This document shows positions 15,454-24,243 of a DNA stretch of 28,112 bases, piece after piece (the first letter of the stretch is position 1; the number at the start of each line of letters is the position of its first letter). Position numbers and translations under genes: made by a program. Below the pieces are notes generated by a model. It was given only the letters and a program-made list of their open reading frames with translations. It did not search any database and had not been told where the DNA came from. Source of the stretch: a virus (taxonomy: Duplodnaviria > Caudoviricetes); the IMG/VR virus record IMGVR_UViG_3300027785_000111, positions 1-28,112 of that record. One strand, 5' to 3'.

Positions 15454-15723
15454 TTAACTTGATTTGCGAATGGGAACTACGTTCTCATCGTCAAACACAG
15501 GGAGGTCGGAGAGATCGCCTAAGGCTGACCCCTGCACTGCCACGGCCTCAATCTTGTTGTCCTTCAGAAACTGACGGGCGACATTGAGGATAGCAGCAGG
15601 AGGGGGAACCTTGATCCCCAAGTCGTCTGTCCCATAGTCCTGGGAGAGAGCGTCCTTGAGGACCTCAGCGAGCTTTCCGTGAAGACCACCTAGGGCCTTC
15701 TCGTCAGCTTTGTTTAGTGTCAT
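15454..15723 (-). CDS. terS: Terminase small subunit (T7 gp18-like)
   Basis: LH..LAE.L...PAAILNVARQFLKDNKIE pattern; directly upstream of terL. Confidence 0.9.
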   Translation of the reverse strand: MTLNKADEKALGGLHGKLAEVLKDALSQDYGTDDLGIKVPPPAAILNVARQFLKDNKIEAVAVQGSALGDLSDLPVFDDENVVPIRKSS

Positions 15724-15938
15724 GCGAAGATCAGCTTAATGGCCTTGTCGAGGCCTACGGTTTGTGAGACGTATGCCGCACAGACACCCATGGCCAGGTA
15801 CTTGATCTGCGAGAGTGTCTTCTCAATCCCCTCAAGGGACTTGCGAAGTTTCTCTGAGATGTCCTGGAGCTTCTTGAGTTCGTCTGCGTGGTCATCCACT
15901 TTCAGTTCCAACTTAATGATGCGATGTTCTAGTTCCAT
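15720..15938 (-). CDS. Coiled-coil plus C-terminal TM protein, 72 aa (holin/XhlA-like candidate)
   Basis: Heptad-rich N-terminus, hydrophobic YLAMGVCAAYVSQ segment; T7 gp17.5 position. Confidence 0.6.
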   Translation of the reverse strand: MELEHRIIKLELKVDDHADELKKLQDISEKLRKSLEGIEKTLSQIKYLAMGVCAAYVSQTVGLDKAIKLIFA

Positions 15939-15939
15939 G

Positions 15940-16422
15940 TTATTCGCTATTTTTCTTATAGGCTGGTGCATCCACGTAGGAGTCGGAAGCGGTTACGATG
16001 ACGTTGGACACCTCTGAGGCTGTGGAAGCATTGCTCACCTTGTGTCGCCACTGAATGACATCCCCAGGCACCACAGCGATGTCGTTGGAACGAGCCACTG
16101 CGGATGCTGAGTTTGTCGTGTAGGACTGCACCAGGGTGTTGTTCTTGTAGACAGCCATGATGCTGTTGGCGAAGCCGTTGTTCAGGTGGGATGCCTTGAA
16201 GCGCATCGTACCGGTGAACTTAACGACCGTGATGGTGGCAGCGACAACGTCAGTCGTGGACTGGGTTGTAGTTGTTCCGGTCACAGTCGTTAAGCCGGTG
16301 GATGCGGTTGCGGTATTGGAGGCTGTAACGGTGAGCACAGGGAGATCTGCAGCGGCCATGAGTTTGGTGCCGTAGATCTTTCCGCTGGTCAGGAGGTTTG
16401 CGAGGGAACGTGCATTACTCAT
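15940..16422 (-). CDS. Putative accessory tail/receptor-binding protein, 160 aa
   Basis: GGAGG RBS; MSNARSLANLL N-terminus; Thr/Val-rich beta-sandwich-like sequence; in the tail module. Confidence 0.7.
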   Translation of the reverse strand: MSNARSLANLLTSGKIYGTKLMAAADLPVLTVTASNTATASTGLTTVTGTTTTQSTTDVVAATITVVKFTGTMRFKASHLNNGFANSIMAVYKNNTLVQSYTTNSASAVARSNDIAVVPGDVIQWRHKVSNASTASEVSNVIVTASDSYVDAPAYKKNSE

Positions 16423-16990
16423 ACACCTCCCTTGCTAGCTCAAAAGTTGCTTGCGCCTGAATGTCGCCTTGTTCTCCGAACACAACAACAGTCAAGTCAA
16501 GAGGGCCATCTTGCATTTCACCCATAGCGGCTAAGAATCCGAACACGCCCGTGTCGTCAAGAACACCCTCGGCTTGTTGGTTGTTGCCGTAAGCGTCATC
16601 CACGTTGATAAGCACGGACGCGCCTGTTTGACCACACGCCACTTTCAACAACAAGTACTCCTTGTTTGCATCTAGTTCGATTGTTTCAAACGTGACGCTG
16701 TCTGCTGGTGACATCTGGGACTCATGCTTCGGGTACTTGGCCTTCACCGCTTGGCAGTCAGCGATGTACTTGTCGATCTGCGCTTGGTCACCCTTCACGA
16801 CACCATCGAGGTAGTCGGTGATTGGGGGGTATTCAGTAGCGCGTTGTTCGATGTACGCAGTCGCATCCATCTTCGCCTGCACCGCAGCTTCGTCATAGGC
16901 TACAGGGTTGCCGTCAGCATCAAACGCCTCATCACCACGAATGGTGACAACGTTAGGATACAGCTTATAAATTGATTGGTGCTTCGTCAT
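16415..16990 (-). CDS. Tail fibre assembly/chaperone-like protein with an extra acidic C-terminal domain
   Basis: Y..QRATEYPPITDYLD....AVKAKYPK pattern typical of proteins that follow fibre genes. Confidence 0.7.
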   Translation of the reverse strand: MTKHQSIYKLYPNVVTIRGDEAFDADGNPVAYDEAAVQAKMDATAYIEQRATEYPPITDYLDGVVKGDQAQIDKYIADCQAVKAKYPKHESQMSPADSVTFETIELDANKEYLLLKVACGQTGASVLINVDDAYGNNQQAEGVLDDTGVFGFLAAMGEMQDGPLDLTVVVFGEQGDIQAQATFELAREVYE

Positions 16991-17637
16991 GCTGCAATCT
17001 CCATTAGAGTAATTTGAGATGGGCGCAAGTTGGCATGCTGAGCTTCAATAGCATATCCAGCATTACCTGTTGAAATTCTTGTTTTGTAAGTTGTCGCTGA
17101 AGTTGTTGCAGGGGAATCAAGAATACAATAGCTCCAAGTTGTATGGAGAAATTGAGTATTGTTGTTGACCCTATTGTCTGCTGCAATAAGAGATGAATTC
17201 CTTACAATCTGAACAACGCCGTACGAGTTAGACCCTACTGTTGGAGGCGTGATTGATTGACTTACCAACACAAGGATTTGCTTGTTGCGCTTGTTGGGGG
17301 TAATTGATGCAGACAGACCTGTATCAACAGCCGTTGTCGAGCTTGTTGACATAGATGTGCCATACTCAACGCTTACAACCTGCAACACAGCACCAGCGCC
17401 AAAGTTTGCTCTAGCTGCGCCCGATGCCAGCTTTGCTGCAGTTACACTGTTATTGGCAATGTTAGCGGTTCCAACAGCACCTGCAGCAGCAGACAACACA
17501 GGGGTACCACCAGCAGTCGTACCATCGTGGACCACAAGCGTCTTTTTGTCGGTATCCACAGTCACCTCTCCCGAGGCCCCCGTGAATGTACTATGTTGAG
17601 CCGTAGTACCACGGCGTAGTTTCAATTGTTTTGCCAT
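16987..17637 (-). CDS. Secondary tail fibre/spike with Mtd-N-like N-terminal domain
   Basis: QLKLRRGTTAQHSTFTGASGEVTVDTDKKTLVVHDGTTAGG; C-terminal VLQVVS..DTGLSASITP..TYKT..ITLMEIAA domain. Confidence 0.85.
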   Translation of the reverse strand: MAKQLKLRRGTTAQHSTFTGASGEVTVDTDKKTLVVHDGTTAGGTPVLSAAAGAVGTANIANNSVTAAKLASGAARANFGAGAVLQVVSVEYGTSMSTSSTTAVDTGLSASITPNKRNKQILVLVSQSITPPTVGSNSYGVVQIVRNSSLIAADNRVNNNTQFLHTTWSYCILDSPATTSATTYKTRISTGNAGYAIEAQHANLRPSQITLMEIAA

Positions 17638-19433
17638 TACGGAAGAACTCCAAGATCAATATCAGTTAATTTGTCAACAGTGACGGTATTGTCAGTAATC
17701 GCTGACCCGTTCAGGCTGGCAATCGAGAAGCTGCTGAAGGCATAGACCTCCAGTGTGTCCCCTGCGGTTGCACCAGAAGTAAGAACAATGGATGTCCCGT
17801 TGCTGGCCGTGTAGTCATCGCCTCCACCCACGATCACAGGACCGTTGAGTGAAACGACAATGCCTCCAGCCAGGTAGGCTAGTGTCAGCCCGTTGGCATC
17901 AGCGCCACTGAAGGTCGTCTGGCCAGCCGTAGCGACAAACTTGTAGACCGTCAGTGCAGCTTGAGAAGCAGCAGAAGCATCCACCCAGCCCGAAGCTGTG
18001 TAGACACGCATCTTGCCGGAGGTCGTATCGAAGTACAGGGCACCAATGACCAGTGTGTTGCCGTCATTGTCTAGCGTTGGGGCTGAACTCTTAGGACCCA
18101 GGTAGCGGTCATCGAAGTTATCCAGCAGAGCAGCCGCAGAGGCAGCACTGGCAGCAGCGTCAGAGGCGGACACAGAGGCAGCAGAGGCCGAAGACGAAGC
18201 ACTTGTGGCGCTAGTCGAGGCTGAGGTTGCGCTGGATGCAGCGTTGGTTGCCTGAGTGGTGGCTGTCGTTGCAGCCGTAGATGCCGTAGAGGCAGATCCA
18301 GCAGCAGCCGTGGCCGATCCAGCAGCGGCAGAAGCGTTAGCAGCTACCGAAGACTCCGAAGCAGCAGCAGCAGTTGCACTTGAAGCAGCAGCCGTGGCCG
18401 ATCCTGCAGCCGAAGTCGCAGAATTAGACGCATTTGTTGCCTGAGTGGTCGCTGTGTTGGCCGAAGATGCAGCCGATGTAGCAGACGCAGAGGCGCTTGA
18501 GGCGGAGCTTGCAGCGTTTGTGGCTGAAGATCCTGCATTGCTCGCTGAAGTCGCAGCCGAAGTCGCAGAACTTGACGCAGCGTTGGCCTGAGAGGTCGCA
18601 GATGCAGCCGAAGTGGTCGCTGAGGAGGCGCTTGTGGCAGCTTCCGTGGCAGACGTAGCGGCAGCAGTCTGAGAAGCCAGAGCAGCAGCGGCAGATGAAC
18701 CTGCAGCGGTCGCTGAGGATGCAGCAGCAGTCGCAGAACCAGCAGCAGCAGTGGCTGAGGCAGCAGCATTCGTGGCTGAAGTCACGGCACCTTGGACATC
18801 GGCCATATTGTCAGCCACGGAGATCACATCATCTATGTTCTCAGCCACAATAATGATGCGAGAGGTGCCAGAGGCAGGGGATGTATCTACAGCTTCGGTG
18901 ATAGAACCAAGATCCGTGTTGCCAGCGGTAGCAGCTCCAAGATCCGAACCAACAATGGTGATGTTCTCTTTGTTAGAAGCAACCACGGCAACCGCAGGAT
19001 ATTCATAATCCAGCGTCCCTTTGATCACTGCCTCATCAGCAGCTACAGCAGGAGCCAGGTTACCCAGGCGTTTACCCTGAGCATCCCAACGGCCCAACGA
19101 GTCCACGCTAATGGTGTCAGCCACGGCATCAGCAGCTTCCTGGGCGATATACAAGTCGAACGTAGCGAGCAGATCGAGGTCTCGCTCTAAGAGGACAGAG
19201 CCGTCAGTGAAGTTCACTGGGACGTTGTCCTTAGGTGTCACCCTTTTGATTTCAACAACGGAGTCGAGAGCGGGGGTTGGGCTGATCGTGACGGTGTTTG
19301 CATTCAGAAAACTGAAGATTGCCGTCTCGCCATCAACGCGAACCTGAACGTGGTCTGGACTAATGTACTGAAATGGAAAGGTGTAACTGGCAGTTGTGCC
19401 GTTTCCGGTGTACCGGACGTAACTGTAAGCCAC
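17637..19433 (-). CDS. gp17: Tail fibre protein (T7 gp17-like N-terminal adaptor, Ala/Ser/Thr-rich shaft)
   Basis: YTGNGTT..YTFPFQY..VEIKRVTP..VNFTDGSVL.E.DL; long A/S/T repeat; FDDRYLG and GALYFDT motifs; GTG start 19433 after GGAG. Confidence 0.92.
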   Translation of the reverse strand: MAYSYVRYTGNGTTASYTFPFQYISPDHVQVRVDGETAIFSFLNANTVTISPTPALDSVVEIKRVTPKDNVPVNFTDGSVLLERDLDLLATFDLYIAQEAADAVADTISVDSLGRWDAQGKRLGNLAPAVAADEAVIKGTLDYEYPAVAVVASNKENITIVGSDLGAATAGNTDLGSITEAVDTSPASGTSRIIIVAENIDDVISVADNMADVQGAVTSATNAAASATAAAGSATAAASSATAAGSSAAAALASQTAAATSATEAATSASSATTSAASATSQANAASSSATSAATSASNAGSSATNAASSASSASASATSAASSANTATTQATNASNSATSAAGSATAAASSATAAAASESSVAANASAAAGSATAAAGSASTASTAATTATTQATNAASSATSASTSATSASSSASAASVSASDAAASAASAAALLDNFDDRYLGPKSSAPTLDNDGNTLVIGALYFDTTSGKMRVYTASGWVDASAASQAALTVYKFVATAGQTTFSGADANGLTLAYLAGGIVVSLNGPVIVGGGDDYTASNGTSIVLTSGATAGDTLEVYAFSSFSIASLNGSAITDNTVTVDKLTDIDLGVLP

Positions 19434-19443
19434 TAAATTCTCC

Positions 19444-19473
19444 AAAAGAAACCCCTAGGTGTTACCCTAGGGG
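19444..19473 (-). terminator. Intrinsic terminator between gp16 and the tail fibre gene
   Basis: CCCCTAGG-GTAACA-CCTAGGGG-TTTCTTTT. Confidence 0.8.
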
Positions 19474-19479
19474 ATTAGG

Positions 19480-22400
19480 TTAGCGTTCTTTTTCCGTGGT
19501 CGGATAATCGTTCGCAATTGAGTTGAGCAAGGTGCTCATCGGGAAGACGTTGTTGAGGGGCAGCAATTTGCCCCACGCTTGCACGTCCTTCGATGTCGTT
19601 TGGTACTCATCAGAAGTGCCATTGCGGACAATCTTCTTCAGGGACAGAACACCGTTGATGGCCTGGTAGGTTGGGTTTGATGCCAGACTAGAGAGATCCG
19701 AAGTGGTTCTCATACCGTTGAACAGCGGGTAAGGCGACAAGGTGTCGTAGAGGTTGGGCAACATGGATGCCTGAGCGATACGGCCAAACGAGTTGGCAAT
19801 GATCTGGCTCGGGGCCATGCGCTTGTCCAAGTACTCCTGACGCTTTGCTTCGTCCTGACCCATAGACCCCAGCATGGTGCGGCCCATGTAAGCCATGGAG
19901 GCCAGCATACTGCCATGCAGGACCGTAGACAGAGTCGTCCAGTCCTTATGGTTGGCAGCAAACATGAGGGACTTGTTCCACCCGTGCATCGAGAAGTTCA
20001 TGAACTGGAACACGGTCTTGCCCAATGTCGTACCCATAAGGGGTATCATCGAACCCAGATCGTTTTCCTGAATGACCCTGCGAGACTCGCGGTGGATCGC
20101 GTTCATGAAAGCTGAGTGAGACTCAGGATCTTCCTTTACCCATGTGGCCACATCGAGCTTGTGGGACTTCGAGAACTCTCCTTGGTTTTCTTTGGAGTAC
20201 TTCTTGAGGTTGTCCATCAAGCGAGCTGAGGCGGCTTCATCCAATCCCATCCATGCCAGACGCTCCTTTGTGAGGAACGTAGAGCTGATCTTCCCGTTCG
20301 CCTGGTTGACGAAGTGGTTGACCAAGGCAATCGCGTGGATACGCTTTTGCTGGATCATGAGTGGAGTCATGCCGGTGTAGTCGAGCACACCCTTAGCGGT
20401 CTTGTTCAAACCGGTGTCGATCTTATCGAGCCACTGGTTCATCTTGGTGTCGCCCATGTTGCGAACCCAGTCGTCCTTAGCACCGAAGTCCATGCGGGAG
20501 ATGAAGTCCGACCCTGCCCCACCAATGGTGTTCTCAAGGTGATCTAGGATCTCTGCAGGAGCCTTGCCGGTAGCGATGTCACGCTGCAATGCCTTCAGTT
20601 CAGAGGCGGCTTCCATCGTGGCCTTGTAGCCCATGGAGCCAACGATCTGCCCCAATTCAGTTGCCTGGTTCCACACTGCACCACCCATCAAACGGATCAC
20701 GTTGAAGGAGTGCCACATGGAGGCAGACTTATTGAGAGCAGAGAACTCTTCCTGAGGGAGACCTTGGATTCGATCAAAGGCGAACTGGAGGTCCTTACGC
20801 ATCTTGTCCACGTCTGCACGAGACTTGAACTCACCACCGAGTTTGTTCTCAGTGGCATCAGCGATCAGCTTGTCGATGTCACCAACCTTGTAGACATCCA
20901 GGTGTTTGGCCATAGCCACACTGCCTGCAGTCCTACGGAGGTATGGGTTCACCACATCGAAGACGTTGGAGTGAACGAAGTTGTTGATGTTGACATCCAC
21001 CATGGTGCCATCAGCCATCTTCCACTTCTCTGTGTACTTCTCGTCAATCGTGTTGCGGTGCTTCAAGCTGGCCATTGTGCGGCCTGTGTCCGACTCCTTT
21101 GTGGGGAACATGTCGTCCATCAGCTTCTTGGCTTCAAACTCAGAGAACCCACCGTTGATCATCAAGGACTGCTTGAGGGCTTCCTTATCCTGTCCACGGA
21201 TGAGATCATCCATGAGGTCCTGGGTTCGGTTAGCGTGAGCCTCTTCGACCGTGCGGACGTACCACTTAGCGAACTTCTTGGCTTGCTCATCAGACACACC
21301 TTCACGGCCTGCTTGATGTGCTCGTGCCCACCAGCCCTCCACAGCATCGCGGCCATGGGTTTGGACTAGGGAGTTCCACTTGTTCACATCATGCTTGCGT
21401 GGAAGGTAGTTGGGGTTCTTGTCCAGACCACCGACCAGGGTCACTTCACCCGTCTCAGGGTTGCGAACCTCTTGCATAGTCAGGCCCTTCTTGGAGCCAC
21501 CTTCCTCGTGCAGAGGGTTGTTGATGTAGTCCACCACGCTGGCCAATGTCTTGCGAACGGAGTCGCCAGCCTTGATCACCTGGGGTGCATAGTCACCTTC
21601 CATACCACGGATGTAGTTGGAGACCTGAGTACCGAAGTCCTCATAGGCCCTGCTCTTTTCGAGACGGTTGATGCCAGACTTAGCGAACCAATCCTCAAAG
21701 GCTGGGTAGGCTGTCTTGGCCATCTGGTTGAACCAGGCACCGGACCACTTGGTTGTGTCATCCCAGGCGTTGACCTTGACGACAGAGTGATCCTTGTAGC
21801 CCACGGTTGTGCCGAAGAGCTTGGAGGCCAGGTTACGGACGGACTCAGGGATCTTAGCGGAACCCAAGCGGTTCTCTAGGCCTAGGCCCCAGCCGAAGAT
21901 CGGAGGAACCTCAGCCTTCGTTGCAGCCATAGCGGTCTCTTCAGGGATACCTGCGTGGGCTGGAGAGAACTGGATTGTGTCGACACCGACCTTGGGACCA
22001 CGATCCATCTTCACTGTGAGCTTCTCGTCAATCAGACGGTTGGTCAGATCGAGAGACTTCAGCAGGTAGTTGGTGTCGGTCTCATCCAGGCCCAGGAGCT
22101 TACGGAAGACATCGACAATCTTGGACAGGTAGTTGCCACCCTCAGCGGTCTTCATGCCAATCAGGAAGTCATGGAAGCCCTTCGCGCCCGTACCTGAGTA
22201 CAGACCCGCAGTGAACTCCTTGACGTTGCCCAGGTAGTAGGACTTGAAGCCCTGCTTCTTGGCTTCCCTCACGGCATCCTGATAGAGGCCTTCGAGTTCC
22301 TTCGTGAGCTGGCCATGGATGGTGTTGGGAGTAGCAACACCGTAGTCCAGCTTGTGGACGGTAGCGGCATGGAGCAGCTCGTGCAGCATCACACCATCAC

Positions 22401-24243
22401 CAGTACCCTCAGCCACGAACACACCGTGGCGTGTCGAGGAGTAGAACCCAGCGAAGCTACCTGGCTTCTTATGGTTGAACGTGAGATCAATGTCCTTCTG
22501 ACGCACTGTGTAGACAGGGATGTCATCAATGAATTGCTCACGGAGGCGTTTGGCCAACGAGGAGATGCGAGGATCAGCAGACTGAGCCAGGCGTTCCATC
22601 ACGGACAGACCAGACTCCTGCTTCGCAAAGCGAACGAGGTTCTGGTAGTTCTTGTCCAGGCGGACCTTGTCGATGACTCGTTCAAGATCTTCCTTGGTGG
22701 CAATGCCAAGAACCTTCATGTCGTCCTTGGTCACACCCTGGGCAACCACGGACTTGATCTTGCCGTCCTTGGTGAACGTGAAGTTGTCTGTGGCCCATGT
22801 GGCGAAGTCGTAGTACTTGTCGTCCGCACCAGCGCGGAACAACATCTTGGTGACCTTGTCCTCAGCACCGTAGTCAGGTGTGTTGATACGACCACGATCA
22901 AAGACGGGAGGAGCTTCCTGGACTTCCTTGATCAGGGTTTCAGTTCGGACATTGTCATTGACAGGGTCGAACTTGAACTCCCTACGGATGATCTCGGACT
23001 GCTTCTCGATGTCACGCATGACCTCGTCAGAGGCCTTCTTGGTGTAGTCAGAGATTCGCTTGAGGTAGAGTTCCTTGCCGGTATCGGTGAGATCCAGATC
23101 GAGACGTTTAAATTCCTCGACCTGACCCTTCAGGCCTTCCTTCAAGCCGAAGCTCTCCAGGGCCTTGTTCTCAGCAGCCAGGCGTGACTGAGCAATCTTA
23201 CCCAGGCTTGAGGCACCACCAACGGCAGCACCCAAACCGAGACCCATGGCAGCGGCCATGTAGATGTCATCAATGGTTGCGTTGGGACGGTTGCCTGCAG
23301 TCAGAGCTTCGATGGCAGCATTGGATGCACCACCCACGAGACCCATGCGGATCGCATTGGAGACCCGTGAGGTGGCCGTGAGGAGACCCTCACCACCAGC
23401 ACCAGGGACAAACGCAATGAGCGTGGGGATGTCAGCCAGGCCACCAGCGATACGGCCAATGGTACCGGCCATACCCAGCTTGCCCAACTCTTTTTCCTTC
23501 TCAAGGCTTTCGAGCATACGGGCACGGAGCATCTGGTCCTGCTTGGCCGACATACCCTGAAGCATGTACTGCCAGTGTTCCTGAGGGATGCCCTTCAGGT
23601 ACTCCTTGGTGTACTCCTCTGTGCGCTGGAAGTTTGGATCAATGGCCTCACTCGTGATGGCTTGCTGCTTCCAGAAGTTGTAGACAGTGTTGTCTAGCTC
23701 GAAGCCCGTAGCAGCAGCACGAGGTAGATTAGAAACTCCAGTGAAGAAGCCTCCGTTCTCATCTGCATTGACGGCTGCTTCTCGTGCCAGCCCAGCGGCG
23801 GAGGGACCAAAACCTTTGCCTGTAGATTCTCCGGTCGTGAACTGGGGAGATAGAGGGGTGTAAGAACCACCGTTGAATTTCTTCAGGTAGTCCACCGTCT
23901 CAGGCCATGGTTTCCCTTTGGCCAACGCAGCGGCAGCTCTAGGACCACCGTTGTAGTCCGCCAGCGCCATGTTCATGTTGCCGTTGTACTTCTTCAGGTT
24001 GTCCTTGATGTACCGTGCGGCACCATCAGCTTCAGACCGGAAGTCGCCGTACTTAACACCATAGGCCTTGGCCGTAGGTTCCATAAATTGGAAGTAACTA
24101 CGGGCACCTTTGTCAGACACGGCATCACTGTCGAAACTGGATTCGATGCCTCCGATCTTGAACAGTGTGCCTGCAGGGATCTCGTGCGTCTTCTCAATTT
24201 CAGCAGTAATGGTCCTCGCTTCATCTAAATTAAATTTGGCCAT
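19480..24243 (-). CDS. gp16: Internal virion/ejection protein D (gp16-like) with N-terminal lytic transglycosylase and internal HExxH domain
   Basis: IESSF..AVSDKGARSYFQFMEPTA..YG..ALADYNGGP (SLT); HELLH at 22369-22383; size and position. Confidence 0.9.
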   Translation of the reverse strand: MAKFNLDEARTITAEIEKTHEIPAGTLFKIGGIESSFDSDAVSDKGARSYFQFMEPTAKAYGVKYGDFRSEADGAARYIKDNLKKYNGNMNMALADYNGGPRAAAALAKGKPWPETVDYLKKFNGGSYTPLSPQFTTGESTGKGFGPSAAGLAREAAVNADENGGFFTGVSNLPRAAATGFELDNTVYNFWKQQAITSEAIDPNFQRTEEYTKEYLKGIPQEHWQYMLQGMSAKQDQMLRARMLESLEKEKELGKLGMAGTIGRIAGGLADIPTLIAFVPGAGGEGLLTATSRVSNAIRMGLVGGASNAAIEALTAGNRPNATIDDIYMAAAMGLGLGAAVGGASSLGKIAQSRLAAENKALESFGLKEGLKGQVEEFKRLDLDLTDTGKELYLKRISDYTKKASDEVMRDIEKQSEIIRREFKFDPVNDNVRTETLIKEVQEAPPVFDRGRINTPDYGAEDKVTKMLFRAGADDKYYDFATWATDNFTFTKDGKIKSVVAQGVTKDDMKVLGIATKEDLERVIDKVRLDKNYQNLVRFAKQESGLSVMERLAQSADPRISSLAKRLREQFIDDIPVYTVRQKDIDLTFNHKKPGSFAGFYSSTRHGVFVAEGTGDGVMLHELLHAATVHKLDYGVATPNTIHGQLTKELEGLYQDAVREAKKQGFKSYYLGNVKEFTAGLYSGTGAKGFHDFLIGMKTAEGGNYLSKIVDVFRKLLGLDETDTNYLLKSLDLTNRLIDEKLTVKMDRGPKVGVDTIQFSPAHAGIPEETAMAATKAEVPPIFGWGLGLENRLGSAKIPESVRNLASKLFGTTVGYKDHSVVKVNAWDDTTKWSGAWFNQMAKTAYPAFEDWFAKSGINRLEKSRAYEDFGTQVSNYIRGMEGDYAPQVIKAGDSVRKTLASVVDYINNPLHEEGGSKKGLTMQEVRNPETGEVTLVGGLDKNPNYLPRKHDVNKWNSLVQTHGRDAVEGWWARAHQAGREGVSDEQAKKFAKWYVRTVEEAHANRTQDLMDDLIRGQDKEALKQSLMINGGFSEFEAKKLMDDMFPTKESDTGRTMASLKHRNTIDEKYTEKWKMADGTMVDVNINNFVHSNVFDVVNPYLRRTAGSVAMAKHLDVYKVGDIDKLIADATENKLGGEFKSRADVDKMRKDLQFAFDRIQGLPQEEFSALNKSASMWHSFNVIRLMGGAVWNQATELGQIVGSMGYKATMEAASELKALQRDIATGKAPAEILDHLENTIGGAGSDFISRMDFGAKDDWVRNMGDTKMNQWLDKIDTGLNKTAKGVLDYTGMTPLMIQQKRIHAIALVNHFVNQANGKISSTFLTKERLAWMGLDEAASARLMDNLKKYSKENQGEFSKSHKLDVATWVKEDPESHSAFMNAIHRESRRVIQENDLGSMIPLMGTTLGKTVFQFMNFSMHGWNKSLMFAANHKDWTTLSTVLHGSMLASMAYMGRTMLGSMGQDEAKRQEYLDKRMAPSQIIANSFGRIAQASMLPNLYDTLSPYPLFNGMRTTSDLSSLASNPTYQAINGVLSLKKIVRNGTSDEYQTTSKDVQAWGKLLPLNNVFPMSTLLNSIANDYPTTEKER

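Noticed and set aside
16987-17637. Diversity-generating retroelement (suggested by Mtd-N domain)
   Set aside because: No reverse transcriptase and no template/variable repeat pair visible in the window
18130-18790. DNA tandem repeat / VNTR
   Set aside because: Low complexity is explained by Ala/Ser/Thr-rich fibre coding with synonymous variation
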